Below, in pieces: positions 36,028 through 49,521 of a DNA stretch of 64,000 nucleotides. Position 1 is the stretch's first letter. Each line of letters opens with the position of its first letter. A program made the position numbers and the translations under genes. Source of the DNA: Leptogorgia sarmentosa (Eukaryota); contig OZ210885.1 of NCBI GenBank assembly GCA_964658305.1, positions 20,026,001-20,090,000 on the forward strand, written 5' to 3'. A model generated the notes under the pieces. That model ran no database searches. It saw nothing but the letters and a program-made list of their open reading frames with translations, and was not told the origin of the DNA.

Positions 36028-39000
36028 TTAGAATTTTCTTTAAAGCAGAAATGTTTGGCAAAGCATTCTGAACATCATACAAAAAATCCCAAAAAATCCC
36101 TGCGTGGGAACATGGGAAAAAACGAGGTCAAAGTTCAAGATACTTGGCTGGTTATGCCACAGGAGCCCATGACAAGAAAAGAAAAGTTATATTGTAATAA
36201 AGACGTAATTGAGCAAATTCATTGGCTTTTTCGTAGTCTGCTTTAAGCACGGAGCACTGACGTTGTATGGAAATGGACAAATTTGTATTCTAGATTCATA
36301 TTTTTGCGTATAGTAAACGTCTATCATCCAGTAGTTGTCCCCAGTCTCCTCTCGGTCAAAATGGCCGCCATATGTCTTTTCCACTAGAATATCTGCAAGT
36401 TTTGTGAAATGTAGGCCATTCTTTGCCGTTTTTGGAACAGTTTTAATCTGTAAACGTGAAATGAACTTCAGAAATGTGATTTTCAATGCAAATCATTGTA
36501 TTTTCGTGATCAATTTAGTAGTTTCAGGTAAGTGAACTCAAACATATAATCCTTATATCAAAAAATACCTGGTCTAGTTTTACTAACCATTGTTCCGGTT
36601 TATGAGAAGATCATATAAGTCAAAAGGCGTTTATAATTTAAAAAAAATAATTACAGGAGCACTTACTCAAGATCATATGCCATGAGCAACGAGCAATGCC
36701 CTTTTTGCAATCGCATTTTATGTGATGGCCAGCCAACTGTAGAACTGAGGGAAAAGGGTGCAAACACACTCAATCAAGTAGCTGGAGACACAATTACCTT
36801 TGTTGTTGGGCAGAAAGTGCATGTTGACTGTCGCAGAAACTTCTGTCGAGATGCTGGTGGGAAGGATCGTATTGACCAGTTGCCAAATAAATCCTCTGTA
36901 GCCGTCAAAAGACGCTCCACGCACCCCCCGTTCTGTTGGAAAGAACATTGTTTGTTTTGTGGTGAACCCTCAAACAAGAAAAGGAAGGGCTCTGAAACGA
37001 TCCCTGTGAGAACAGCTGACTTCCAAACTACAATAACTGAAATTTGTCGCCAAAGAAATGACGAATGGGCTTCAACAGTGCTTGGTAGGGTAGAGTATGC
37101 CAGGGATCTGCATGCAGCTGATGCAGTTTATCACAACCAATGTAGCGTGAATTTTCGCACTGGTAAAGAAATTCCAAAACAATTTATCAGCCCTTCTCAG
37201 TCTAACAATGAAGATCAAGAATCTAGAATAAAGAATGTTGGGCGACCACAAAATTCTGCAAAAGTTCGTGCCTTCCAAAAGGCTGTCAAGTATTTAGAGG
37301 ACAACGATGAAGAGCAGGTAACTGTCAATCAATTGTGTGATCTAATGAAAACCTACCTAGAAGCGCCAGAGGACGAGCCATACAGTACAGTGTACATGAA
37401 AGAACAACTACAAGAATATTTCGGTGACCAAATTGTTATCACAACTATCAAGAACAAAGCTAATGTAGTCACACTACGGAAAACTGCAGCATCAATCATT
37501 AATGAATTTTACCAGAATCCAAAGCAGTCTGATGCCGAAGCAGAGAAAACCAAGATAATCTCCACTGCTGCGCAGCTTCTGAAAAGCGAGATAAAAAATC
37601 TTCAAGCAGCCCCAGATCATTACCCAAATAGTGATGAGTTTGTATCCACTGAAATGGCTCTGCTTAACATTCCAAATCTTCTAGAACGGTTTCTAAGAAC
37701 TCTTTTTGTTGGAAAAGATCTTGATCTCAAAGTTGCTTCCATTGCGCAAGCAATCATGCAGGCGACACGTCCAAGAGGTCTTTTGGCTCCCCTTCAACTT
37801 GGCCTGGGTGTACAAATGCATCACCATTTTTCTTCGAGGTTTTTAATTGATACACTCAACTCAATGGGTTTTTGTTCATCATACTCGGCAGTTCAAAACT
37901 TCGAAAAATGTGCTGCGGTTACCCATGGGGTGGATATCCCAGACTATGAAGAAGATTCCTTTATCCAGTACATCGCTGACAATGTTGACCACAACTTGAG
38001 GACACTAGACGGTCATGGAACATTTCATGGGATGGGAATGATAGCGAAGATAACACCGAGTACTAAAGTGAACAGGCCAATACTAAAACGATCTGTCACC
38101 TCTGGTGATATTGTCGCTGCTAGTAAACTAACCATTCGCCATTATAATGGGCCAAATGGTGATGAAGATCCATCGCTAGTTTACGGAGAACTGTCCAATC
38201 TCAAAGCACATGATTCTTTTGCCAATCTCGACCTTCTATTCAAGTTAACTCAACCACTGGCTGGGTCACCTCGTCCGTCATGGCCAGGAACGATGCAGTT
38301 GATATTTAAAGGGAACCACCCAGCACGGGCTTCAGTGCAGTTCTTGCCAATGATTGATATTGATCCTGGTAACCTGACCTGCATTTACTCAACTCTTTCC
38401 TTCATCGTCGATCAGGCAAACCGCTATGGCATAAACACCCATCATTACGTTCGATCAACCCCTGTGGTGGAAAGCATTGATGATTATCTTGAACGAGCCG
38501 AAAGAGAGTGGTATGAAGTCTATAGTGCTTAGGCTCAGAGGCTTGCACATCCAAATGAGTTTTCTTGGCTGCATTGGCCACATAATGGCTGGATCTGGAT
38601 TGGCAGATGTCCTTGAACTTATCTATGCTAAAAACGCTGTCGTGCATATGCTAAGCGGAAAGGCAATAGCAAGAGCTGTCCGTGGCCATTTCCTTGTGGA
38701 TTCAGCATTGAATTGCCTTTTGAGAGATTTGTTCAATATACCACTTCAAATCGACGATTGTTCTGTCAACCAAGACGAAACTGAGTCAGGTGTATACCGG
38801 GAAATTGAAGGAAGAGAAACCGTGTCAACTGACAACAGTGAAGCTCATGATAATTTGGAAAAGGCAGAGATATTGTATGAGAAACTTTTGGCAGATGAAA
38901 TAAGCCTCGAAGAAGCGTGCTCTGCAGACATTTTGAACAAACTAGCAGAAGAATTTGAAAAGAGGAAAGGAAGCTTGACGGAGAACAACCGCACGGCAGC

Positions 39001-41568
39001 ACTTTGGATGCAATACATGAGAATGATCGACCTTCTTAAAGCGTTCATCAAGGCTGAGAGAACAGGCAATTGGAATCTGCATCTTCAAGCAGTACATGAC
39101 ATGCTTCCATACTTTGCCGCAGCGGGGCACAATCTCTATGCCAAGTCTGCTTACATATATCTCCAGATCATGGAAGATCTAAAAGGGAAACATCCAGATA
39201 TCTACCAAAAGTTCCAAGATGGACTGCATGTTGTTAGAAGAAGTGATCGTTACTGGGGCGGGTTATCAACTGACTTGGTCATAGAACAGGTTCTAATGAG
39301 AAGCGTCAAAACCACTGGTGGGCTTACAAGAGGAAAAGGTATGTCGGAGACACAGCGACTTGTCTGGTTGTTGTCCATGCCATCTTGTGCTGAAATCAAT
39401 GGCGCAATGCAAACTTTGACGGGTGAGAGCTACGCAACAAGTGAACAACACAAAGATTGCGGTGAAGCAAGGCAACAACGTGATTACGCTGATTTGAAGA
39501 AGGTCACATCTTATCTAAACGAATGAAATCCATTCAGCTCTGACCGATCGTTGCGCAGCATTGTGTCTGGAGTCGTCGCAAATGAGAACGTGAATGCTGA
39601 TAAAGCCGAGGAGGTCGGTGATAATATTATTGCATCAATGGCTGGGAAGAGCGCAAAAGAATTTTCATTTTGTAAAAAAAATCAAGTCGTCACATTGGCA
39701 TCAAAGCGTGTAGTTGCATCCTCTGATGGGAGCATCAAGATAGATTCACAACTTCTGTTCCAGAGACTCTGTGTTCTTGCCGCTTGTGGAAGAATAGAGA
39801 ATCCCCAGGAACTATTTCAATATGAAATGTGCAGCTTTCCTCCAGCATTGTTTGAGTCTCAGTTCCTCCCAAGACAAGCAAACAAACCAGTTCTCGCAAA
39901 TGCTGTATGGGAAAGAACAAAACAACATCAAACAGATAAGCCACCTGGAGATACTCACTACGTTCTTGATGGAGGTTCCCTCCATCACTTGCCGTGGCCA
40001 CGAGGCAGTACCTATGAGGTGATCTTCAATCTCGGTGTCCAGTATGTGCTCCGCAGGTACGACAAGGCAACTGCTGTCTTTGATGGGTATGAGGATGGTC
40101 CTTCAACCAAAGATTGCACACATGTTAGACGTGGAGGAATTGGATCCCAAACGATCAACTTCCAATGCCACATGGTGATGACATCGAAAAAGCAAGAATT
40201 CTTGGCGAGTAAAGCGAACAAGCAGAAGTTCATCAACATCTTTGCTGAAAAGCTGCAAGCTGCTGGATGTACAGTCCTTCATGCCACCGGGGATGCAGAC
40301 CTGCTCATAGCCAAGACTGCAGTAGAATCTTCAAGAGCAAAAGCTACAGCCTTGATCGGGGAAGACACAAATCTTCTTGTCCTACTGTGTCATCGTGCGG
40401 AACTTGACTCACCACACGATTTATTTTTTATCCCGAAAACATCACCATCATCGGCAAAAGTGTGGAACATCAAGAAGACAAAACGTGCCTTGGGAGAGGA
40501 TGTGTGCTTAAGTATTCTCGTTTTACATGCAATCCTTGGTTGTGATACAACCTCTCGTATCCATGGCATTGGGAAAGGAATCGCTTTGAAGGCTTGTGAG
40601 GAAAAAAGTGTCTTCCGCCAACAATGCTCCGTATTTATGGATGCTCAAGCCAAACAACCGGATATCATCCTTGCAGGAGAAAAAGTGCTGGACACGCTAT
40701 ATGGTGGAAAGCCTGGCGACACTTTGGATGCCTTAAGGTATTCACGTTTTTGTCAAAAAGTGGCATCAGCGACATCGTTCCTACAGCCAGAAAACCTACC
40801 ACCAACATCTTCTGCTGCTCAGTATCACAGCAAGCGAGTGTATTATCAGGTGCAGGAGTGGAAAGGAAACCATGCGTTGAAACCTTGTGAATGGGGCTGG
40901 AAACTTAAAGATGGGAAGCTTCTGCCAGTGACAACTCATTTGCCTGCCGCACATGAGTCCCTACTCACGATGATCAGATGCAACTGTAAATCGGATTGCA
41001 AAACAATGAGATGTACCTGCAGAAAACATGGCCTGGATTGCTCACTAGCTTGTGGCGTTTGCAAAGGACAATGTTGTCTGAACGCACCACCTCTAGACTT
41101 GGAAAATGATGACTAATGAATGAAAGAATGAATAAATCATACCATTTGTATTGGATAAACTGAACTACTGCAACGTCGCTGAAACAATGTTCATCTGTTA
41201 TGTACACTTTAATCAAATTTGCCATCTTATACGTAGAACACTTTTTGTTTTTTTCAGTCCTTTAATTTGAGAGTAGTTTTAACAATTACTTTGTGACTTA
41301 CTACATTTGAAGTGTTTTGATGTATATAGGTGCAAGTACAGTCATTAAACTTGTTTTCGTCACAAAAACGATAAAATACATTTTAAGAAGGCTTGGGTTC
41401 CCTGTGTAAGAAAGCTATAAATATTTGATCCCCATTTCCACCATGTTCCCATGCTGGGATTTTTTGGGATTTTTAATATGTTATTTAAAACATATTTCCG
41501 GACACTTTTGCAGTGAATCAAATTCTATTGCAATTTGTTTGAACTCCAACCACAGATGGACTGGACTA
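36028..41568 (+). mobile_element. Academ-B (AcademX-type) DNA transposon; left terminal ~24 bp displaced to 2364-2387
   Basis: Right end ...GGACTGGACTA. Imperfect subterminal inverted repeats, 36028-36116 vs 41440-41530 (AAAAATCCCAAAAAATCCC..GGGAACATGG). Confidence 0.8.
36682..41116 (+). pseudogene. Academ transposase + XPG/FEN1-like nuclease + Cys-rich (CXC) finger; intronless, with one frameshift (~38430) and one TGA (39524)
   Basis: ADNVDHN, FDQPL, RLRGLH, DLVIEQ; then DGGS, VFDGY, DAD, EDTN, GCDTTSRIHGIGK (H3TH-like), and CNCKSDCKTMRCTCRKHGLDCSLACGVC. Confidence 0.85.
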
Positions 41569-41570
41569 AT

Positions 41571-42926
41571 AGGTAAATAAGTAGTTTCAAGCTGTTGCAG
41601 TAAAAGTTGAAATCAAGAGTGTTTTCCTTGTTTTATTGCTTTTGTTTACTCTCCTGCTCAATGCTAAATGCTCATAATGCCAGCTTTGTCTCTATCCTTC
41701 ATTGGATAAATTGAACAAAAAAAATTGAGAATAATACAGTAATATTATGGTAAATAAATGAGTTATTTAGTTTTTATTAAATTTTCACAATTTTAAATTT
41801 ATTTCATTGTAAATCATGGAAAAAAATGATGTTAAGTCTTCGGGTTTATAAAAATTTAACTTAAAAGTATATAATATGTAATTGACTAATTTAAAAACTT
41901 TATTGAGGTGAACCACTCACTTCATATTCTGTAAATAGTGAAATGGCAGATTCAGGAAAAGTGGACAAGGAACCAAAATGGTCTTCTGTCATCACATAAT
42001 ATGGCCTTATGACTATAAGGTCCCACACTCTGGCCCAAGTTTCTTCAAATGAAATCAGGTGTTCAAAGATAAATATTTTGGCAAGTTCTGCTTGTTTAGG
42101 TTGAAGCAAATGTCATGAAAGGCAGTGTGTCCTGCTTCTTGGTGGATTGCTGTGTAAATGCTGTAATGAAAAGCCAATCACATACACTGTTTATCTTAAT
42201 ATTCATACAGTAAATAAAGCAAATGATGAGGTGGTCAAATACACACATGCAGCTGTCAAAGGGGGCAATTTAAACATGTTGTAGTCCTGTTTTCTCAAAT
42301 CATTGAATATAAACATGATAAACATATAGATTCCAGATATAGTTTTTTCCACCCACAACATGCATTTTTTACCATGCATGTGACTGTAGCATGGGTACAA
42401 TAACATCCTGGAGTTATCTTGTATAACAGTACAAGCTACAGATTGCTGTGACTGCTACCAGGTTTGTTGCCTTATCAATTTTGCCAAATGTATTTCTTGA
42501 TATCATTACTGTTGTTGTTGCTGCATACAATAGTCCATTTCATATCCATGTATTTACCCTTGTATAGATGTTCACTATAATTGTTCACATCATGTGCAGT
42601 CCTATATATACTTTTAAGTTAGATTTTTATATACCCAAAGATTTAACATCATTTTTTCCATGATTTACAATCAATAAATTTAAACTTGTGAAAATTTAAT
42701 AAACCCTTAATAACTAATTTATTTACCATAATATTGCTGTATTATTCTCAAATGTTTTTGTTGAATTTATACAATGAAGGATAAACAACAAAGCTGACTT
42801 CTCGCATGCAGCAAGATTATGAGCATTTAGTATTGAGCAGGAGAGCAAACAAAAGCAATACAGCAAGGTAAACACTCTTGATTTCAACTTTCACTGCAAT
42901 AGCTTGAAACTACTTAATATTTGCCT
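41571..42926. mobile_element. Non-autonomous element with ~300-bp imperfect TIRs and AT duplication (ISL2EU-like)
   Basis: AGGTAAATAAGTAGTTTCAAGCT... vs ...AGCTTGAAACTACTTAATATTTGCCT, with AT at 41569-70 and 42927-28. Confidence 0.7.
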
Positions 42927-43511
42927 ATGGCTAAAAGTAACCAAAACATTTCACTGTGCTGAGAGCACTTTATTAATCTTTAATTCCTCCAACCAATATT
43001 TTACGAAGGACAATTTTACAAGTGTAGGAATTAACCTTGATAATCGATACAAACAACTATCTGCCTTGCTTATTTTTTGCTTGTTTATTTCTTAAATTAA
43101 ATTGTAAACAGATTGAATGTGGCCAAGCCAGCCATTCATATAAATACGCAAGAATTTTATAATTATGCAAACAATACATACGCTTGTCTTGTATTTCAAT
43201 CCATTGTCGCTTCTCGTGGATGTGAAGTCTCTTTCCAGCATTAATGTCTTCTCAGGAGTGTTATAGTCTTGCAGCAACAGTCTTCGTCTTTGTTTTCCAC
43301 TTTTCTAAAACCTTTAGTGTTCGCCCTTCATGACAGTCCGCCATATTTTTGAGATCAGTGATGACCACCCTTACACATTTTGCTCTTACACCTTGACCCA
43401 AAATGGCCGCCAAATCGAGCAACTTTGAACTCGCTATGCGGAATTATTACCCTCGCCCCGGGCTAACGCCGCCGTGGCTCGGGGACAAGCCTGCAAAGTG
43501 GTGAAAACCAG

Positions 43512-44135
43512 GCAGACGTTAAAGATACGTTGCAGGGAACACAACCTACTAGAGATGAGAAAAAACAGATGGATATTGTGGATGACGATGCGTCCAAATT
43601 CAGTGAATTTGCAGATGTAAGGATGCCTCCAAAAATGTTGAAGAGAGGAAGGCCGAAAGGTGCCGGTTTGACCATTACTGGACTCCCGAAAGTAAAGAAG
43701 AGAAAAGTTGACAGCAGAAATCTAGTACCGTTTGCCAAACTGAAACCAGAAGAAAAGGACAGACTTCTTTTGGAATGCTTTGTCAGCCCTTTAACTGCAG
43801 AACAAGCACTGACTGGGGCGCAAATTCAGAATTGTACAATAGAATCAAATCCTCTTAAGATCCCTGACTTGGCGAGGGATGAAAGTGTTGTCGATATCAA
43901 TCGAATTGAAAAGTATTTTCGAAATGAAGAATGGTTAAGAGTTTTGGAAGCTTTAACAAAGAAGAGAAAATTTCCTTGGATCTGCCCAGGATGTACAAAG
44001 GCAATAAAGAACAGTGAAGACAGTGTTGCTTGTGAAAGATGCTTGAACTGGTATCATTTTCCTTGTGTAGCTTTACATAAGAAGCCAAAAACAAAAAATT
44101 GGTTTTGCAGGAATTGTAAGAGTAAATACCAATGA
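43512..44135 (+). pseudogene. C-terminal part of the MULE-1 transposase (AT-hook-like + PHD finger)
   Basis: KRGRPKG and CPGC...CERC..WYHFPC...WFCRNC, lying just inside the TIR at 44795-44890. Confidence 0.78.
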
Positions 44136-44794
44136 CAACCTACACCAGCCAACACCACAGTCAAGTATTATGTGCATGTGTAAGATGTCAGAAAAAACAC
44201 GGGAAGAATTATGGCAAACTGTGTGCAAAACAGTACAGATTGAACTTTAAAAACACAAAAAATACGAAATTACCTGAAATATAAGTGAGAGAATTTCTAA
44301 GTATCATTCTTGTGTTTAAAAGAAAGTCCTCTTGTGTTTAGAAACATTTTTAAAACAACAAAATGTTTTATACTGGTTGATACAACTTCAGAACAGACCT
44401 AATTGTCGTTGTGGTTTATATTTTGTAACTAAAACACTGCGTTTCAAATGCAATATAAGTTCTTTGTTCTTCAACATTGACTTGTTCTTCAACATTGACA
44501 CCAAAATAGAAGATTAATAAATATAGCATCACAGTAACAGAGGAGAGGCTAAATCACGCCTAACAGTTAACCCCATAAACCCCCTCATTCATCATTGTAT
44601 AATAAAATTAATACTAACAACTATAGAAATACGGTAGACTTACAAATATCTAACACGCTTTGTAAAAGTTGATTCTTTTCTGCGGAATCTGCGGTAAACT
44701 CTTTTAAAAAACAATTTTATTGTTCATACAATACAATTGTATCCTTAATCTATGATACAATGTAAGATGAAGTAGAGGCAACCACTATCCCAGT

Positions 44795-44890
44795 ACCACT
44801 GTCCTAAGATTATGATGGCTCACAAATAAGACTGCCGGTCAAATAGTATTTTTTGCAACCTGACCGGCTGCCGGTCAAATAGTCATGGGG
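44795..44890 (+). repeat. MULE-1 3' TIR
   Basis: Near-identical to 9929-10024 in the same orientation, with an inverted 9-bp TSD. Confidence 0.9.
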
Positions 44891-45069
44891 TATCATTAAA
44901 CATAGCAGTATTTACATGCCACTGGGTAAATATTAATTGTAGTTTGATAAAATATTATTGTTTCATACTTTTGACAAAAAAGTGAAGTAATTTTAGTCTG
45001 AATATGAATATTAATAGCGATTTTTAATGCATACATATTAAAACCATCCAGTTTTATATAAAATTTATT

Positions 45070-45107
45070 GCTAACATTTCGTTGCTACATCGCAACATCA
45101 TCAGAGC
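45070..45107 (-). ncRNA. Second hammerhead motif in the inverted Penelope copy (GAAATGTT variant)
   Basis: Reverse complement reads GCTCTGATGATGTTGCGATGTAGCAACGAAATGTTAGC. Confidence 0.65.
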
Positions 45108-46285
45108 TATAATGATAATGTAATAGTTGGTGTATCTATATATACATGATTATATGAGTTTTATATTACAAACGGTTAAAATTCAAAAGAACAAATAAGA
45201 AAAGATTTAGAAAAACGATATGTCAAAAGCAGGAATAAGTTCATTAGTTGTTACAGAGAATTAAGTGATCAGGTCAAGTTCGAGTGGGATTAGTGATTAA
45301 AAAGATACAGAGGTGTAGAAGAAATATTATTATTGAGGACAGGTTTGAATTTAGAGATGAGGAGACTTTCACGTATTTCGAGATCAAACTTAGAGTTACT
45401 TGATGTTAGTATAGTAAAGTCAGAATCAGAAATGGTGTGTTTAGTGAAATGGTGGTGAGCTAGAACAGCAGACATTTGAGAGACTGAGAGCTTATTCCCA
45501 GTTCTAGACGAAACTCTCATATGTTCTGAGATTCGCGTGTGTATATGTCGGCGTGTTTGACCAACATACAATGCGTCACAGCATTGACACTTATATTTGC
45601 ACACAACATGCGATCTCATAGCAAAAGGAATTCGGTCCTTGAATGGAAAAAGTCAGACAGTCTACACATAGGACGAAAGACAAAGTGGATTGATAGATGT
45701 GGGTAAGCTGATGAAAATAATTTACGAAGTTGCGTGCGTAGTTGCAGACCATGTTGGCCTGTGTACGGTAGGCAAAAGTAAAAAGTTTTCTTTGCGCATG
45801 AATGAACAGGAAGTTTAGGTGAGAATATTTTGTCGAGAAAAGATCTGATGCAGTTATCAATAAGAGAGGCTGGATAACCGTTGCAAGAAAATATTTGTTT
45901 AAAGTTCTGAAGTTCGCAGTGGAAAGAATGATAAGAGGAACAAATATTAAAGTAGCGTGAGATCAAAGAAAGGAGTAGGCCCTTCTTGTATGTCATAGGA
46001 ATAAAGCTGTTAAAATTAGTAAAGAGTCCTGTTGAAGTTAGTTTGTGAAACACAGAAGTGGAAAAGTGACCATTTGTCCATGTGATGTTAATGTCAAGAA
46101 AGGGTAGTGTGCCATTGTTTTCTAATTTGTGCGTAAACTGAATGTTAGGATGTTTAGAGTTGAGATAGTCAAGGAAAGGAACAACTTGTTCCTTGGATTC
46201 AAAGATAAGGAAGCAGTCATCAACGTAGCATCTGTAGAACATAGGTTTAAAAGTATGAGGGCAATCAGCTAACCAAGAGCGTTCA

Positions 46286-48658
46286 ACTGCGAAAGGCGAA
46301 GCTCGATCTTGAGTTTTTAAAAGAATGCAAAATTAGTTCAGTTATTCCAACCTTCCTGAACTTCAAAGTTTCCAATAGACAACTTCAAGATTCCAACGCG
46401 TATTACCAATGTCAGAGGAAGTTACTCAAAGAAGAGATCACTATTAAACAATCAAAAATACGTATCCTTTCCAATGAACTTGAAGAATCCTAGACACACT
46501 TATCCAACCTAGTTTCATCTATCGATTGTTTACACCTTCGATCGGTTTGTGATCGCGAGAATGGCTCCAAACTTAAACACCATGAAACGATACAACAGAA
46601 GAAACTTTTACGTCTTCGCTCTGATGTCTCAAAGCTCTCAACCCCAGATCCTGACAAAGTTATATTTAACTACTCATCGCGTCAACTAACTAATACTGAG
46701 AAAATTCTTCTAGCGCGTGGCCTGAACTTTTCGATACCACCGCGCAAGCTTCGGTTTTGTGACTTCCTCGTTCCATTTGAAAAATTATTCCGATTAATTA
46801 GAAATGAAGATATATCTCCAAGATCACACATGGATACTGATTTTGTAAAAACCCGTATGAAGGATATCGCATTGACAGGATTTAGAAGCTATACACCACC
46901 TAAATCTATATTCTCCGACGATGAACACAAAGTAATTAAATCTCTCCATGACGACGATACAATTTATCTGATTAAACCTGACAAGGGAAATGGTGTGGTT
47001 GGTTATCATCAATCGTGCAGACTATAAGGAAAGAATGCAAGATATCCTAAGCGACAAGACGAAATTTGACCTCGTTGATAACACCATGCTAAAAGAGACT
47101 TTAACTAAAAAAACTAAAATTACTAACCTACTAAAGGAACTTAAACGCGAAGAAATCATTTCCGAACGGCAATTTGATGAACTTAAGCCAATTGGCTCAC
47201 GTCCTGGCATTCTATATGGACTTCCTAAAGTACATAAACCTAATTTACCTCTTAGACCAATAATCTCTTCTATAGGAACTTATTGTTATAATGTTGCTAA
47301 ATTCTTCGTTCCTCTTCTTCGCCCTTTCTCCACTAATCCTCTAACCATAACTGACACATTTTCTTTTGTTAAAGAATTACTTAATTTACCCTTTAACACA
47401 ACTAACGTTATAATGGCTAGCTTTGACATTAAATCCCTATTCACTAATATTCCTCTTGACGAGACGATTGACATTATTGTTAACAAATGCTTTTCTAACT
47501 CTTCCCACTTCCACGGTTTAACTATTCAACAATTTACTGACCTACTGAGTATGACTGTTAAAAACTGCCACTTTATTTTCGACGGTAAACTTTATCATCA
47601 AAAGGATGGTGTAGCTATGGACCTTTGGACCTTTGTTTGCTAACATTTTCCTATCATTCCATGAACGCTCTTGGTTAGCTGATTGCCCTCATACTTTTAA
47701 ACCTATGTTCTACAGACGCTACGTTGATGACTGCTTCTTTATCTTTGAATCCAAGGAACAAGTTGTTCCTTTCCTTGACTATCCCAACTCTAAACATCCT
47801 AACATTCAGTTTACGCATGAATTAGAAAACAATGGCACACTACCCTTTCTTGACATTAACATCACACGGACAAATGGTCACTTTTCCACTTCTGTGTTTC
47901 ACAAACTAACTTCAACAGGACTCTTTACTAATTTTAACAGCTTTATTCCTATGACATACAAGAAAGGCCTACTCCTTTCTTTGATCTCACGCTACTTTAA
48001 TATTTGTTCCTCTTATCATTCTTTCCACTGCGAACTTCAGAACTTTAAACAAATATTTTCTTGCAACGGTTATCCAGCCTCTCTTATTGATAACTGCATC
48101 AGATCTTTTCTCGACAAAATATTCTCACCTAAACTTCCTGTTCATTCATGCGCAAAGAAAACTTTTTACTTTTGCCTACCGTACACAGGCCAACATGGTC
48201 TGCAACTACGCACGCAACTTCGTAAATTATTTTCATCAGCTTACCCACATCTATCAATCCACTTTGTCTTTCGTCCTATGTGTAGACTGTCTGACTTTTT
48301 TCCATTCAAGGACCGAATTCCTTTTGCTATGAGATCGCATGTTGTGTGCAAATATAAGTGTCAATGCTGTGACGCATTGTATGTTGGTCAAACACGCCGA
48401 CATATACACACGCGAATCTCAGAACATATGGGAGTTTCGTCTAGAACTGGGAATAAGCTCTCAGTCTCTCAAATGTCTGCTGTTCTAGCTCACCACCATT
48501 TCACTAAACACACCATTTCTGATTCTGACTTTACTATACTAACATCAAGTAACTCTAAGTTTGATCTCGAAATACGTGAAAGTCTCCTCATCTCTAAATT
48601 CAAACCTGTCCTCAATAATAATATTTCTTCTACACCTCTGTATCTTTTTAATCACTAA
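46286..48658 (+). pseudogene. Penelope reverse transcriptase + GIY-YIG endonuclease (5'-truncated, frameshifted)
   Basis: KPDKGNG, YGLPKVHK, RPIIS, SFDIKSLFTNIP, GVAM, RYVDD, LPFLD and VVCKYKCQCCDALYVGQT...RISEH. Confidence 0.92.
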
Positions 48659-48846
48659 TCCCACTCGAACTTGACCTGATCACTTAATTTTCTGTAACAA
48701 CTAATGAACTTATTCCTGCTTTTGACATATCGTTTTTCTAAATCTCTTCTTATTTGTTCTTTTGTATTTGAATTTTAACCGTTTGTAATATAAAACTCAT
48801 ATAATCATGTATATATAGATACACCAACTATTACATTATCATTATA

Positions 48847-48884
48847 GCTCTGATGATGTTGCGATGTAGCAACGAAACGTTAGC
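48847..48884 (+). ncRNA. Minimal hammerhead ribozyme motif in the Penelope 3' region
   Basis: GCT-CTGATGA-T-GTTGC(gatgta)GCAAC-GAAACGTT-AGC: core boxes, 5-bp stem II, palindromic stem III and short stem I. Confidence 0.8.
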
Positions 48885-49029
48885 AATAAATTTTATATAA
48901 AACTGGATGGTTTTAATATGTATGCATTAAAAATCGCTTGCTGGGCACTAATATTCATATTCAGATTAAGATTCCCGCCTGGTATTTCAATTTAATTCTG
49001 AAACGAAGTAATTTTAGCTTTTGACTTAC

Positions 49030-49521
49030 AGGACAAGTATATGTGAGCTCTGCCTTTTTGCAAATAAGGCATGTTCTTGGGAGAACAGGCGTTGATCTCG
49101 ACCCAGTCGCAGTAGAACCATGTGGTTGAACTCTACTTCGTGTTTGTCGGCTTTCTTCCGCTCTGGTTTTTTTAGCTGCAGGTTCTATGTCTTTACTCGA
49201 ACAGGGTGTATCTGACGTTTCACTCATTCGCTGTGCTCTACAAATTCTTGTTTTATCAGTAAACTTTCGATAACATTCGATATGATATTGCAAGCTTCTG
49301 TCTGGAACTGTTCCTTTTTTGATGAATGCCTGTTCATCGTGATCAGAGAAATACTCTAAAGACTTTACAGCTACGTCAGTCAAATTTCCATTCAAAGATA
49401 GCCATATTTTCCGGATACTCAAAAATTTTGATAGTGTTACAGCAGTAAAATCTTTTACAGGTGAAACATTATTCGAAATCTCGCATGTATGAATTATACA
49501 CGAGCAAATATCTTCCTCCAT
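49030..49521 (-). CDS. Academ-A transposase exon 1
   Basis: CIIH...YHIECYRKFT...CLICKK...TCP|GTAAGT. 164 codons, phase 0, matching the phase-0 acceptor at 10091. Confidence 0.75.

Larger units (their letters stand above)
11044..36029. mobile_element. Kolobok DNA transposon (THAP-DDE transposase + convergent KolX-like gene), rearranged, hosting three large nested elements
   Basis: TTAA target, AG termini and 322-bp terminal repeats. Transposase motifs GDGRHDSMGH, SDRH, DIWH, NHLYWC, QTSCLEGFHS. Two genes originally convergent. Confidence 0.8.
45017..48937 (+). mobile_element. Penelope-like retroelement with an inverted 3' partial copy (45017-46285, minus strand)
   Basis: 45017-46285 is the reverse complement of about 47662-48937; junction at 46285/46286. 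Confidence 0.92.

Noticed and set aside
9929..44890. 96-bp direct repeats as ends of two separate insertions
   Set aside because: Their 9-bp flanks are exact reverse complements and the enclosed ORFs are complementary halves of one transposase.
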